DNA from: an uncultured Lentimicrobiaceae bacterium
GTDB taxonomy: Bacteria; Bacteroidota; Bacteroidia; Bacteroidales; 4484-276
Assembly (NCBI GenBank): GCA_964395075.1
Contig: CAYNDN010000002.1
Location: 1,678-36,866 of the forward strand
Direction of reading: 5' to 3'
Length of the DNA stretch: 35,189 nt
Shown: piece by piece, positions 9,356-19,800 of the stretch
Numbering within the stretch: the stretch's first letter is position 1
How the letters are laid out: every line of letters starts with the position of its first letter
Position numbers and translations under genes: made by a program
The notes under the pieces: generated by a model
What the model was told of the DNA's origin: nothing
The model's database searches: none
The model's input: only the letters and a program-made list of their open reading frames with translations

Positions 9356-9985
9356 TTACCATTTAACATTTTTAAAGTTTTTGGCTACCGCTTCCCAATT
9401 TACCACATTAAACCAATTGTTAATGTATTCGGGGCGTCTGTTTTGATATTTCAGGTAGTAGGCGTGTTCCCAAACATCTAATCCCAGTATTGGCATTCCC
9501 TTTTCTTCGGCAACATCCATCATGGGATTGTCCTGGTTTGGTGTAGAAGTAACTTTAAGTTTTCCGGTTCCATCTACAATCAACCATGCCCATCCACTAC
9601 CAAATCGGGTAGCGGCTGCATTGCTAAATGCATCCTTAAATTTATCGAATGAACCAAAAGTGCTGTTTATTGCGTTGGCAAGTTCACCGGTTGGTTCGCC
9701 ACCACCCTGTTTTGCCATAACATTCCAAAATAAGTTGTGATTGATCAATCCGCCACCGTTATTCCTTGCACTTGCTGAAGCTGATGAAATATTCGCCAGT
9801 ACTTCGCCAAAAGGCTTATCTTCCAGTGGTGTGTCTTTTACGGTCGCTAAAAATTTATCGTAGTAGGCTTTATGGTGTTTTGTGTGATGCAATTGCATGG
9901 TTTGAGCGTCAATGTGAGGTTCCAGCGCATCATAAGAATAAGGCAATTCAGGAAATTTTAAATCTTTCACTGTTGTGTTTAACAT
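9356..9985 (-). CDS. sodA: Superoxide dismutase, Fe/Mn family (Mn-type or cambialistic by motif)
   Basis: Metal-ligand motifs are [11 protein letters not shown] and [22 protein letters not shown] and TPNQDNP resemble Mn-type rather than Fe-type SODs. Confidence 0.9.
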   Translation of the reverse strand: MLNTTVKDLKFPELPYSYDALEPHIDAQTMQLHHTKHHKAYYDKFLATVKDTPLEDKPFGEVLANISSASASARNNGGGLINHNLFWNVMAKQGGGEPTGELANAINSTFGSFDKFKDAFSNAAATRFGSGWAWLIVDGTGKLKVTSTPNQDNPMMDVAEEKGMPILGLDVWEHAYYLKYQNRRPEYINNWFNVVNWEAVAKNFKNVKW

Positions 9986-10138
9986 AACTTTAAAGTTCTT
10001 TTAGATTATTAATTTAGATTCATTCTGAACAACGAGACAATCCGGTAATTGTTTACCTAAATTTGGCTTTTTGTCTTTTTTAACAAGATTTTATGAGAAA
10101 GGATAGAATACAGATTCTGAAAAATGAGGTACTGCGGA

Positions 10139-10909
10139 TCAGGCGTTTTTCAGATTTTCGATCAGATTGGTGAGGGAAACAAATTCATCAATATCTAACT
10201 GCTCTGGCCGTTTAGCAAATACTTTGTCTGAAAGTGTTGATTCTTTTGGGATCAGGCTCCTGGTTGAGTTGCGGATGGTTTTCCGGCGCTGGTTGAATGC
10301 GGTTTTCACCACCTGTACAAAAAGCGTTTCATCGCATTTCAATTCAAAATTTGATTTTCGTTTCAGCCTTACTACTGCCGATTTCACTTTGGGTGGTGGA
10401 TTAAAAACATTTTCGCTGACGGTAAACAAATATTCAATTTCGTAAAACGCACCGAGAATGACCGATAGGATGCCGTAGGTTTTATTTCCGGGAGGGGCCG
10501 CCAGTCGCTCAGCAACTTCTTTTTGTATCATGCCAACAACCTCCGGGATAGCTCGTCTGTTTTGGATGATCCTGAAAAAAATCTGGCTGGAAATATTGTA
10601 GGGAAAGTTCCCGATGATGGCGAATTCATCACCAAAAACACTTTTTAGATCATGCTTCAGGAAATCTGCTTCAATAAGGTTTGACCGGATTTCCGGAAAA
10701 GCCTGTTGAAGAAAATTTACCGATTCCCGATCAATTTCAATAATTTTCAGGTTGTCAACCAAAGGTATCAGGTATTTGGTTAAAATTCCTGTTCCTGCGC
10801 CAATTTCCAGCACCTGTCGTGTAAACGTAAGGCTCTCAACGATTTTTCCGGCGATATTGTCGTCGGTAAGGAAATGCTGGCCGAGATGCTTTTTTGGTTT
10901 TACGTGCAA
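10139..10909 (-). CDS. rsmA: 16S rRNA (adenine1518/1519-N6)-dimethyltransferase
   Basis: KPKKHLGQHFLTD, the SAM-binding motif LEIGAGTGILT and GNFPYNISS are classic KsgA/RsmA motifs. Confidence 0.95.
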   Translation of the reverse strand: MHVKPKKHLGQHFLTDDNIAGKIVESLTFTRQVLEIGAGTGILTKYLIPLVDNLKIIEIDRESVNFLQQAFPEIRSNLIEADFLKHDLKSVFGDEFAIIGNFPYNISSQIFFRIIQNRRAIPEVVGMIQKEVAERLAAPPGNKTYGILSVILGAFYEIEYLFTVSENVFNPPPKVKSAVVRLKRKSNFELKCDETLFVQVVKTAFNQRRKTIRNSTRSLIPKESTLSDKVFAKRPEQLDIDEFVSLTNLIENLKNA

Positions 10910-10918
10910 AGGAATTGA

Positions 10919-10967
10919 GTTAATCGTTATTGGTTAATCGTTAATCGTTAATGGTTAATCGTGATTC
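10919..10967. repeat. Seven tandem degenerate heptamers (GTTAATC)n immediately upstream of the rsmA start
   Basis: Read directly as gttaatc gttattg gttaatc gttaatc gttaatg gttaatc gtgattc. It starts 10 bp from the rsmA ATG (minus strand). Confidence 0.75.
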
Positions 10968-11116
10968 GTACATCAGAGCCACCATAAATTACTATTAATT
11001 GATAATCCCGCCCGCGGCGGCATTTCATTTCGCTCAACTGATAACGGAAGCTTGCAACAAACTCATTGTTCAAAAAAAAAAGATTCATTGATTGAGGTGT
11101 GGTGGAAATAATTCAC

Positions 11117-12985
11117 TTAATTCAACTCATCCCCACGTAGTTCACGGAATCGTTTTCGGGCTTCAACCACAAAAAGGCTACCCGGGTAGTCGAGCATCAA
11201 TTGCTGGTAAATGGTCATTGCCGAGTCAGGATCATTAAACACAAAATCGTACAATTCAGCCCGTTGCATCAGCGCATTGTCGGCAAGTATATCATCCGGG
11301 TATATATCCGAAACCTGTTTGAAAAGGCTGTCTGCGATTTCAAAATTTCCTTTTTCTAACATGATCTCACCCTTGCGGAAAAGTACTTCGTCATGCAACG
11401 GATGCCACAATGCCACCATTTGTATGGAATCAAGTGTTGACAAAGCCTCATCATATTTGTTGCGATACATAAAAAGGTCGGCTTTGGAGAAATAACGTAA
11501 AGCCGTGTAGGAGCTATCCATATCTATATTGTCGCTGATGAGCAGAGCCAGGTCCATTGCATCGTTGGCAATAAGTTTGGATGTTGCCGCTTTCAAAACA
11601 TCGAGCTGTGCTTTGGCCCAGCTAAATTCTCCGATGTAGTATGACAGCTTTGCATTTTTATATTTGGCTGTATGTCCGATCGGATCATTTTTAAAATCAA
11701 GGTCAACCTGTGAGTATAAAAGTGTTGCATCCCATTGTTCACCAGAGAAAAGTAAAATGTCAGCCAGTTCAATTTTACATTCAGCAATCAATTGCGGACT
11801 TACATTGGGCATATCCACAGCTTTGTTGAGTAACAGGGTGGACTCGTCAATTTTATCGAGATAAAAAGCCTGCAGGTGAGCCAGGTATTTCATGATTGGC
11901 ACTGTAGATGAATTTTCGCCAAACTCATCGAGTGCTTTATGGTATTCCGTTTCCAGGGCTGTAAGATCTTCATTGGTGTAATCAAAGCTATTGGTAACTT
12001 TCAGATATCGTGCGTTTAACAGTCCTATCCGGGCATCAAGATAAAACGGTTCATATTCACCCTTTGAGATCACATAATTAAAAGCATCTACCGCTTCATC
12101 GTAAGCCTGATTCGATAGACAGATGTTTGCCAGTTCAATGATCCGTTCACCACTTTCGTTGAACCTGCGATCCAGTGATTTGCTTTGCATCAGGGCCATT
12201 TCAAAATCTTTTTGCTGTATGGAATACCAAATCAGCATTTCGGAGAAATAAATTTTTTCCGGGTTTTTCTGCACACGCCGCAACAATTCAGTTCTGATTG
12301 CATGCGCAACCAATCCTTCTTCTTCATCTTCAAGCGCAGATTGCAGTCTTCCACGTACGTATTCAGTCCGGCTCAAATCACTTTCAATTAGATCCAGGTA
12401 TTCGTTAACCATCTCATCATAATTTTCCAGTCGGTCATAAATTCGGGCTAACTCAAGGTTAAATGCATAATCAGAGATAAGTTTCCGGCCTTTCAGGTAA
12501 GTACTGATGGCATAATCGGTTTGGCCACGATAGTTGTATGCATTCGCCAGATCGCTGATCTGGCTGCGGTTGGCAGTAAGTTTATCAAGGGCTTCATCAA
12601 AAAGTTTTTCAGCTTTTTGCTGATTTCCCTCAAGTGAAAATAAAAATCCTTCATCAACAATGTAGCGCAATGTTTCAGGGTTTTCGCGCTGTTGTTTTCG
12701 CACAAGTTTAAAAGCTTTTTTGTAATCACCCAGTTCGATGAGGCAGTATATATAATAGGTGTAGAAAAACCGGGTTTGCTTTTCTTCAAAGAGCTGCTCG
12801 TATAGTACAAGTGCTTTTTCATATTCCTTATTTCTAAAATATTCAGAGGCCAGCTTTTCGTTATCGGGTTTTTCCAATTTCGATTTGGCAGTTTCAGCCC
12901 TGGGAAAGGCCGGAACCTCCTGCGCCAATACGCGCGGTGAAAACCAAACTGAAATTAGAAGAATTAGTGAAATGAAATATCTCAT
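11117..12985 (-). CDS. Tetratricopeptide-repeat protein with signal peptide
   Basis: ORF 11117..13024 is trimmed to Met14 (MRYFISLILLISVWFSPRVLAQE, a signal peptide). TPR-like A/Y/L-spaced helical repeats run throughout (YEKALVLYEQL, YKKAFKLVRK, YDEAVDAFNYV, YDEALSTLDSI). Confidence 0.8.
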   Translation of the reverse strand: MRYFISLILLISVWFSPRVLAQEVPAFPRAETAKSKLEKPDNEKLASEYFRNKEYEKALVLYEQLFEEKQTRFFYTYYIYCLIELGDYKKAFKLVRKQQRENPETLRYIVDEGFLFSLEGNQQKAEKLFDEALDKLTANRSQISDLANAYNYRGQTDYAISTYLKGRKLISDYAFNLELARIYDRLENYDEMVNEYLDLIESDLSRTEYVRGRLQSALEDEEEGLVAHAIRTELLRRVQKNPEKIYFSEMLIWYSIQQKDFEMALMQSKSLDRRFNESGERIIELANICLSNQAYDEAVDAFNYVISKGEYEPFYLDARIGLLNARYLKVTNSFDYTNEDLTALETEYHKALDEFGENSSTVPIMKYLAHLQAFYLDKIDESTLLLNKAVDMPNVSPQLIAECKIELADILLFSGEQWDATLLYSQVDLDFKNDPIGHTAKYKNAKLSYYIGEFSWAKAQLDVLKAATSKLIANDAMDLALLISDNIDMDSSYTALRYFSKADLFMYRNKYDEALSTLDSIQMVALWHPLHDEVLFRKGEIMLEKGNFEIADSLFKQVSDIYPDDILADNALMQRAELYDFVFNDPDSAMTIYQQLMLDYPGSLFVVEARKRFRELRGDELN

Positions 12986-13059
12986 GTTTTGTATTTTTCG
13001 GGTATTAAACCAACAAAGCAACACAAATATTATGTGTTGGTGGAAGATATGGCACTAAA

Positions 13060-13104
13060 AAATATTAAAAAACCCTGACCAAAATGTGCTCAGCCAGGGT
13101 TTTG
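13060..13104 (-). terminator. Rho-independent terminator after serS
   Basis: On the minus strand, AACCCTGG-ctgagcacattttgg-TCAGGGTT is followed by TTTTTAATATTTTTT. It lies 20 nt after the serS stop. Confidence 0.7.
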
Positions 13105-13122
13105 CTTTCATGTATCTTTAAT

Positions 13123-14388
13123 TTAATCAATGGTATCAAACCCTGTGTGCGAAACAAGTGCTTTTGGAATTTTAATGCCTTCAGGCGTTTGGTTGTTTTC
13201 TAACAATGCTGCAACAATCCTCGGTAGTGCAAGTGCACTTCCGTTGAGTGTATGTGCCAGTTCATTTTTGCCATCATTGTTTTTATAGCGAAGCTTCATG
13301 CGGTTGGATTGGTAGTTTTCGAAGTTGGAAACCGAACTCACTTCTAACCAGCGCTCCTGGGCTGCTGAAAAAACTTCAAAATCATAAGTGAGTGCTGAGG
13401 TAAAGCTCAGGTCGCCACCACAAAGTCTTAAAATTCTGAATGGCAGTTCAAGCTTTCTAAGTAATGTTGACACATATTCACGCATTTCTTCAAGGGCATC
13501 ATAAGATTCTTCGGGCTTGCGAATCTGCACAATTTCTACTTTATCAAACTGGTGCAGACGGTTCAGTCCACGCACATGTGCGCCCCACGATCCTGCTTCA
13601 CGACGGAAACAATTAGAATAAGCCACATTTCTGATCGGGAGGTCAGCCTCTTTAAGCATCACGTTGCGGTAAATGTTTGTAACCGGAACCTCAGCAGTGG
13701 GAATGAGATATAGCTTGTCTTCCGGAACTGCATACATCTGGCCGTCCTTATCCGGGAGTTGCCCGGTTCCATAAGCCGAATCTTCGTTTACCATGAGCGG
13801 TGGCTGGAATTCGATGTAACCGTTTGTTATGGCTTCATCCAGGAAGAAGTTGATCAGCGCACGTTGCAGCCTGGCACCTTTGGCCTTGTAAAACGGGAAA
13901 CCTGCACCTGTAACTTTGTTGCCAAGTTCAAAATCGATGATGTCGTATTTTTTAATCAAATCCCAGTGAGGCAGTTCCTTTTTCTCCGGGATGTCTCCTT
14001 CGCTGTAAACAACTTCATTGTCTTCTTCGGTTTTGCCAGGAGGCACACTTTCGTGTGGAATGTTGGGCAATTGCACGAGCGCATCGTTTAATTTTGAGGT
14101 TATTTTATCCAATTCGCTGCTCATGGTTTTCGATTCTTCTTTGAGTTGCCCCGAGCGTACTTTCTTATGGGCGGCTTCATCCGCTTTGCCCGATTTATAA
14201 AGTTGTCCGATGGATTTGGCAATTTTATTGGCTTCGGCGAGGGTTTGGTCTAATTGGTTTTGCAAATTGCGCCGTTTTTCGTCTAAGTTGATGATTTCAT
14301 CCACCAGTGCGGATGCGTCCAAATTTTTAATTTTTAACCGCTCTACCACAAGAGCCGGATTTTGACGGATGGTGTTGATTAGGAGCAT
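13123..14388 (-). CDS. serS: Seryl-tRNA synthetase
   Basis: It is 421 aa, with an N-terminal coiled-coil arm and class II motifs (FRREAGS, GSALALPRIVAALLENNQ). Confidence 0.95.
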   Translation of the reverse strand: MLLINTIRQNPALVVERLKIKNLDASALVDEIINLDEKRRNLQNQLDQTLAEANKIAKSIGQLYKSGKADEAAHKKVRSGQLKEESKTMSSELDKITSKLNDALVQLPNIPHESVPPGKTEEDNEVVYSEGDIPEKKELPHWDLIKKYDIIDFELGNKVTGAGFPFYKAKGARLQRALINFFLDEAITNGYIEFQPPLMVNEDSAYGTGQLPDKDGQMYAVPEDKLYLIPTAEVPVTNIYRNVMLKEADLPIRNVAYSNCFRREAGSWGAHVRGLNRLHQFDKVEIVQIRKPEESYDALEEMREYVSTLLRKLELPFRILRLCGGDLSFTSALTYDFEVFSAAQERWLEVSSVSNFENYQSNRMKLRYKNNDGKNELAHTLNGSALALPRIVAALLENNQTPEGIKIPKALVSHTGFDTID

Positions 14389-14413
14389 AATGTTTTAATT
14401 GTATTGGTATTAA

Positions 14414-14452
14414 CAAAAAAAATCTCCTGCTTTTAACTAAAACAGGAGATTT
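14414..14452 (-). terminator. Rho-independent terminator after rpmA
   Basis: On the minus strand, AATCTCCTG-ttttagttaaaag-CAGGAGATT (9-bp stem) is followed by T8. Confidence 0.8.
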
Positions 14453-14473
14453 CAATTTCCACACGGAATTTCT

Positions 14474-14752
14474 TTAGTTTGCAGCAGGTATTTCTTCGCT
14501 GGCCGGAATTATATTCACGTAGGATTTGTTGTCTTTTTTTCTGCGGAACTCAACTGTGCCGTCAACAAGGGCAAACAGTGTGTGGTCTTTTCCCATTCCA
14601 ACGTTTAAACCGGGATTATGGGCGGTTCCGCGTTGCCTTACAACAATATTACCAGCTCTTACATTTTGGCCTCCGAAAATCTTTACACCCAGTCGTTTAC
14701 TGTGTGATTCGCGGCCGTTGTTTGAACTACCTGCACCTTTTTTATGTGCCAT
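14474..14752 (-). CDS. rpmA: 50S ribosomal protein L27
   Basis: [29 protein letters not shown] is the canonical L27 N-terminus. Confidence 0.97.
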   Translation of the reverse strand: MAHKKGAGSSNNGRESHSKRLGVKIFGGQNVRAGNIVVRQRGTAHNPGLNVGMGKDHTLFALVDGTVEFRRKKDNKSYVNIIPASEEIPAAN

Positions 14753-14781
14753 AATATTTAAATTTTAAATGTTTCTAAAAA

Positions 14782-15099
14782 TTATGCGCCAACCGTAATG
14801 CCTTCAATTTTCAGTTTGCTGAATTGCTGGCGGTGGCCGTTTTCAACCTGGTAACCTTTTCTGCGCTTTTTCTTGAAAACCGTTACTTTATCTCCTTTTA
14901 CATGCGATAAAATAGTAGCTGAAACTTTTGCACCATCAACGAATGGTTTTCCTACATTAATCGCATCCCCATCCTCGATAAGCATTACCTTGTCGAAATC
15001 AACAGTATCGCCTTCGTTACCTTCAAGGCGGTGAACAAATACTTCTTTGTCTGTCTCAACTTTAAACTGTTGTCCTGCTATTTCTAATATTGCGTACAT
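14782..15099 (-). CDS. rplU: 50S ribosomal protein L21
   Basis: MYAILEIAGQQFKVE ... KKKRRKGY is canonical L21. It lies directly upstream of rpmA. Confidence 0.97.
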   Translation of the reverse strand: MYAILEIAGQQFKVETDKEVFVHRLEGNEGDTVDFDKVMLIEDGDAINVGKPFVDGAKVSATILSHVKGDKVTVFKKKRRKGYQVENGHRQQFSKLKIEGITVGA

Positions 15100-15141
15100 T
15101 TCTAATTATGAATTGATAAACCTGTTTTGAAAAAAGGAGTG

Positions 15142-15171
15142 CAAAAGTATAAAATATTTCTAACTAACAAA
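15142..15171 (-). promoter_or_regulatory. Candidate sigma-A promoter of rplU-rpmA (TTTG-N18-TACTTTTG)
   Basis: On the minus strand, TTTG (15171-15168) is followed by 18 nt and then TACTTTTG (15149-15142). This matches the Bacteroidetes -33/-7 consensus and lies about 40 nt upstream of the rplU ATG. Confidence 0.45.
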
Positions 15172-15236
15172 TTGTTTTGAAGGTTTTTTTGAGTAGGGTT
15201 ATTTGCAGGCATTTCAAAACCACAGCATTAACAGCT

Positions 15237-16151
15237 TTATTTCGCAGGCCTGTTAACGAGAAGCACACCCAGCAGGATGACCCCGGCAAATAAAAATGCA
15301 GCCAAACTAAACCTTTCACCATCGGCAATTCCCCAGATCAATGCCACTACAGGAACAAAATAGGTTACTGAGGTTGCAAATACCGCATTTGTCATTTGTA
15401 CTAACTTGTTGTAAATGATGATCGCAATTGCAGAGGCCAAAAAACCAAGTAATGCTATGTAAAGGAATGCTGAAAAGCCCTTTGGATGGTTCACAATTAA
15501 GTGTGGAAAGTTGGTAAAGAAAAACAACATCAAAGTTGTTGGTATCCCGATAAAGAAAAATCCTAATGAGGCAATTGTAATGGAAGGCACATCATTTAAG
15601 TAGTACTTTATCATATTCGATTGAATAGCATAAAGCATTGTGGCGATGATGGCATAGATGGCAAACGAAAAATGAAACTCAAATGAACCGTTGCTCGTGG
15701 AATAGATCAGTCCTACAGCTCCGATTAAACCAAGAAAAACACCTGTTACGTTGAGGTATCTTGTTTTCTGGCTGAAAAAGATCAATCCCAGCACGAGGGT
15801 GAACAACGGAGTAAGTGAATTGAGGATGCCTGCAAGTGAACTGGCGATGTGTGTTTGGGCTTTGGCAAACAAAAAGGCAGGTAAGCCTGTACCGATCAAA
15901 CCAATTATGGCAATGATAATGATCTTTTTTTGCGGAACTTTATGGAGGCGCTTTAAGGCAAATGGCAGCAATAGGATGAAGGAAATAAAAATTCTTAGGG
16001 CACCTACTTCGAGGCTCGAATAAACCTCAAGCCCGCGTTTGATTAAAATAAAAGAACTCCCCCATATTAGCACCAGGGTAAAAAGCATAGCCCAGGGTAA
16101 AAAGCCGGTACTTTTGATATGAGAAATAAATACCATGATTTTATACTTCAT
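15237..16151 (-). CDS. EamA/DMT-family transporter (about 10 TM)
   Basis: It is hydrophobic throughout, with two similar halves. LIWGSSFILIK and ALIWGI are typical of EamA domains. The start could alternatively be Met6. Confidence 0.85.
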   Translation of the reverse strand: MKYKIMVFISHIKSTGFLPWAMLFTLVLIWGSSFILIKRGLEVYSSLEVGALRIFISFILLLPFALKRLHKVPQKKIIIIAIIGLIGTGLPAFLFAKAQTHIASSLAGILNSLTPLFTLVLGLIFFSQKTRYLNVTGVFLGLIGAVGLIYSTSNGSFEFHFSFAIYAIIATMLYAIQSNMIKYYLNDVPSITIASLGFFFIGIPTTLMLFFFTNFPHLIVNHPKGFSAFLYIALLGFLASAIAIIIYNKLVQMTNAVFATSVTYFVPVVALIWGIADGERFSLAAFLFAGVILLGVLLVNRPAK

Positions 16152-16868
16152 GAAAGGGGGGGTGAAAAGGCTGCAAAATAACGCATAAACCCCGAAACTT
16201 CGGCTGATTAATTAGAATGAATGATGAAATATCCTATTTTCAGTTTCTTTAGCGGGAATTTGGGTTGCTATCAAACGCTTAAAAAATGGTTCTACTAACA
16301 TTTTTGTGGATAAAATTTTCTATGCTGATTAGTGTATGTTTTTACTTTAACATCTTTACAAGTTTAACCAATTTAGCCAAAATCAATGTTTTGAGTTGTA
16401 AAAGCTTATTAACGCAGGTTTAGAAAAAAAAATCCAAAAAAAATGTCAAAATATTACAATTGTTTTATTTTTGCATTGCAAGTAAAAATTCAAATCATAC
16501 ATGATTAAACGCTTACTCCTTAATTTTGAGGTGTTTACGGAATTATTCAATTTATCTCCGGCCTTACACTATTTGTCACCAGGTTTTCGTGCAGCTTTTT
16601 GCAAAACAACCGTATCATTTTCTCACCGAACCTGTATGAAAAGGAACTTGTAGGGGAACCACCGGATTTCTCCTTTTAAAATCATTATCAAAATATTATG
16701 AACGAATTTTCTGAACGAAATCTATGAAAATGAAACAACAATCTAGAATGAACTTGATTCCCCCTTAGCTAATTCCGGGGATTTATTCAGTATCGCGAAT
16801 AGCAAAAAATAAAATTTTAACTTAAAACAAATCAAACTTGATTATTTACTAACTAAAAACAATTTCTT

Positions 16869-19800
16869 ATGAAGCAAATTACAAGTTTATGGCTGTTGAT
16901 GTTCTTTTTTGCATCAACCGCATTATTTGCACAAACCGCCAGTACAGGGTTGGCCAAACAGGCCGCTAATCCTGACTTGGATCAGCAAAAAATGGAGATG
17001 ATGCAAAATCTCAATGCTGAGACACAACCCGGCGTTTTACCTGGCGTAAACCAAACCAACGGGAACCATTACAGCAAGTTCCAGGGGCCAAACGGTACAA
17101 GAGACGTATTGTACGACAATGGTCCTTTTGTAACTGCTGAAGGAGTTGGTTCTAACGGAACAGACTACAGTGAGTTGCAGGATGCATCTCTCGGTATGGG
17201 AACTTATGGTTCCGGTGTACAACTTAGTGCCGGAAACTCACTCGCTGACGAATTTGAAGTAACCGGAACATGGATCGTAAACAGCATAACTGTTTATGGT
17301 TATCAAACTGGTTCAGGTCCGCCATCAACACTCACAGGTGTTTATATGCAAATTTGGGATGGTGATCCAACAGCAGGTGGTTCAGTTATTTGGGGTGATC
17401 TCACGACAAATATCATGGAATCAACCGAATGGACAAACGCCTGGCGCGTTCTTGAATCAGGCCCAACAGAAAACCGCCCGATTATGGCAGCAGTAGCTGA
17501 AATTGGTGGTGAGGTATTTAATGCCGGCACATACTGGATTGAGTATTCACTGGATGGCTCAGGTGCTTCAGGTCCCTGGAACCCACCGGTAACGATTGTT
17601 GGTGAAACCACAACAGGTAATGCACTGCAAAATCAATCAGGTACTTGGGTAGCTCTCGAAGACGTTGGCCCACAGGGCATTCCATTTGTAGTAGAAGGAT
17701 TTGAAGGTCAGCCGCCAGCCAATGATGTTAGCATTTCTGCTATCGTTGAGCCTGTATCAGGTGTTGACCTTACAGCTGCCGAACCTGTTACCATTACCAT
17801 TAAGAATAATGGTACTGACGAACAAAGCGACATTCCTTACGAAGTTACCTGGGATGGCCCGACTGGTACACAAACCGTTAGCGGAACCTTTGCAGGCCCG
17901 CTTGCCTCAGGAGCAACTGAAGATGTAACACTTGCAGAAACCGCTGACCTTTCAGCTTATGGCACATACGATTTCGAAGCCTGCACAATGCTTGCCGGTG
18001 ACGAATATCCTGATAACGACTGCAAAACCAAAACTGTAACCAATGACGAACCCAGCCTCTGTATTGAAAATCTTTACACAAGTGGTTGTGGCTTCGGTGA
18101 TGGTCTGATCTCATGGTCACTGGAAAATATTGAGGTTCCGGATATTCCATGTTCCGGTACACCGGAATGGTATCATGATTATACTGACCAGGTGCATAAC
18201 CTGCCTCCGGGAGATTATGATTTGACTGTTGTGGCCGGTTATGGCTCAACATACTTTGACGTTTGGATTGACTTTAACGATGACCTGCTCCTCACTGATG
18301 ACGAGTTGGTATTGGATGATGCTGTATGTACTGATGCTAACGTGCCTTATGTGTTTACGGTATCCGTTCCCTCAGGTGCTGCACCAGGACAACACGTGCT
18401 TCGTTTCCGTACAAACTGGATCGACCCCGTTCTTGATCCTTGTGAAACTTACTCTTATGGTAACTGCTGCGATTTCTCAGCATTGATTGGCGATGCTCCT
18501 GCAAATGATGTGGGTGTTACCTCAATCGACATGGCTACATTTTATGAGCCGGGTATGGTTACTCCTATGGCTACAGTTAAAAACTTTGGTACTGATACTC
18601 AAACATTTGATGTTACACTTACCATCGACGGTTACAGCTCAACAATGAATGTTGCCGGTCTAGCTTCAGGTGCTACCGAGCAGGTAACATTTGATGACTG
18701 GAATGCAACTGAAGGTTCATTTACAGCTGAAGCTTGTACAGATCTTTCAGGAGATGAAAATCCCAATAACGACTGCAAAACGCTTGGCATTACCGTTATG
18801 GAAGGCCAGTTCGTTTATGCTTATAATGCTTATGATCCTTCAGGTGCTTTGGTAGAAGGTCCGGTTTCATTCGACCTTGCTTTGCCGGGAATGGTTAACC
18901 TGATTGCTCCAACCACAAGTACCGACTTTATTGCAGGTGGTTGTTGGGCAGCAGATACCTGGTGGGGTGTTCAGTACGGTGGCGGCCTTTATACCATCGA
19001 CACAGAAACCGGTGACATGACACTGGTAGGCTCAAGCCCTGACTGCAGTGGCCTTGCTTTTGACGGATCCACAGTTTACGGTGCATCGATCACTGACCTC
19101 TACACCATTGATCCTGCCACAGGACAAGGTACCATGATTGGCCCAATGGGTAATACAGGTGCATTGATGATTGGAATCGGTTGTGACGCCGCAGGAAACC
19201 TTTACGGTTTCGATATTGGCGATGATAATTTCTACAGCATTGATAAAGTAACCGGTGCTGCAACACTTGTTGGATCAACCGGACAAAACTTTAACTATGC
19301 ACAGGATATGTCGTTCGATAAAGCTAATGATGTTTGTTACCTTTCAGGATATACTACCACCGGTGGGCTTTACACTGTTGATGTTGCAACCGGTGCAGCT
19401 ACATTACTCGGTGAATTCCAGGGTGGTGCCGAAATCACAGGTTTTGCTATTCCTGGTGCCGGCCTTCCTCCGGCAGGTCCTCCTCCAACAGCATTTGATG
19501 CCAATTTCTTTGAAGGCTCAGGTGTTGAAACCGAATGGATTGATCCTCAGGAAATGGGTACATGGATTGGTTATGACGACGGTGAGAACGTTGGTGGCCT
19601 TGGCCTGAATGGTGGTGGAGAATATTGGGCTGCCATCCGTTGGGAGCCAGCTGACCTGACTCCTTTTGATGGACAATACATAACTAAATTCCAGTTCTTC
19701 CCAAGTTTGTTTGCTGTTGAAGCTGACATCACTTTCATGATTTGGGAAGGTGCCGACGCCGCAACAATGGTTTATGAGCAAGTACTCAGTAATCTTGACT

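Noticed and set aside
13017-13039. Hairpin CAACACA-aatatta-TGTGTTG just upstream of the TPR gene start.
   Set aside because: It is a short AT-rich stem with no T-tract and a single occurrence. That is not enough to call it a regulatory site.
16501-16653. 50-codon ORF (MIKRLLLNFEVFTELFNLSPALHYLSPGF...) in the leader of gene 1.
   Set aside because: It is below the track threshold, has no motif, no signal of conservation and an odd composition. I treat it as non-coding leader sequence.
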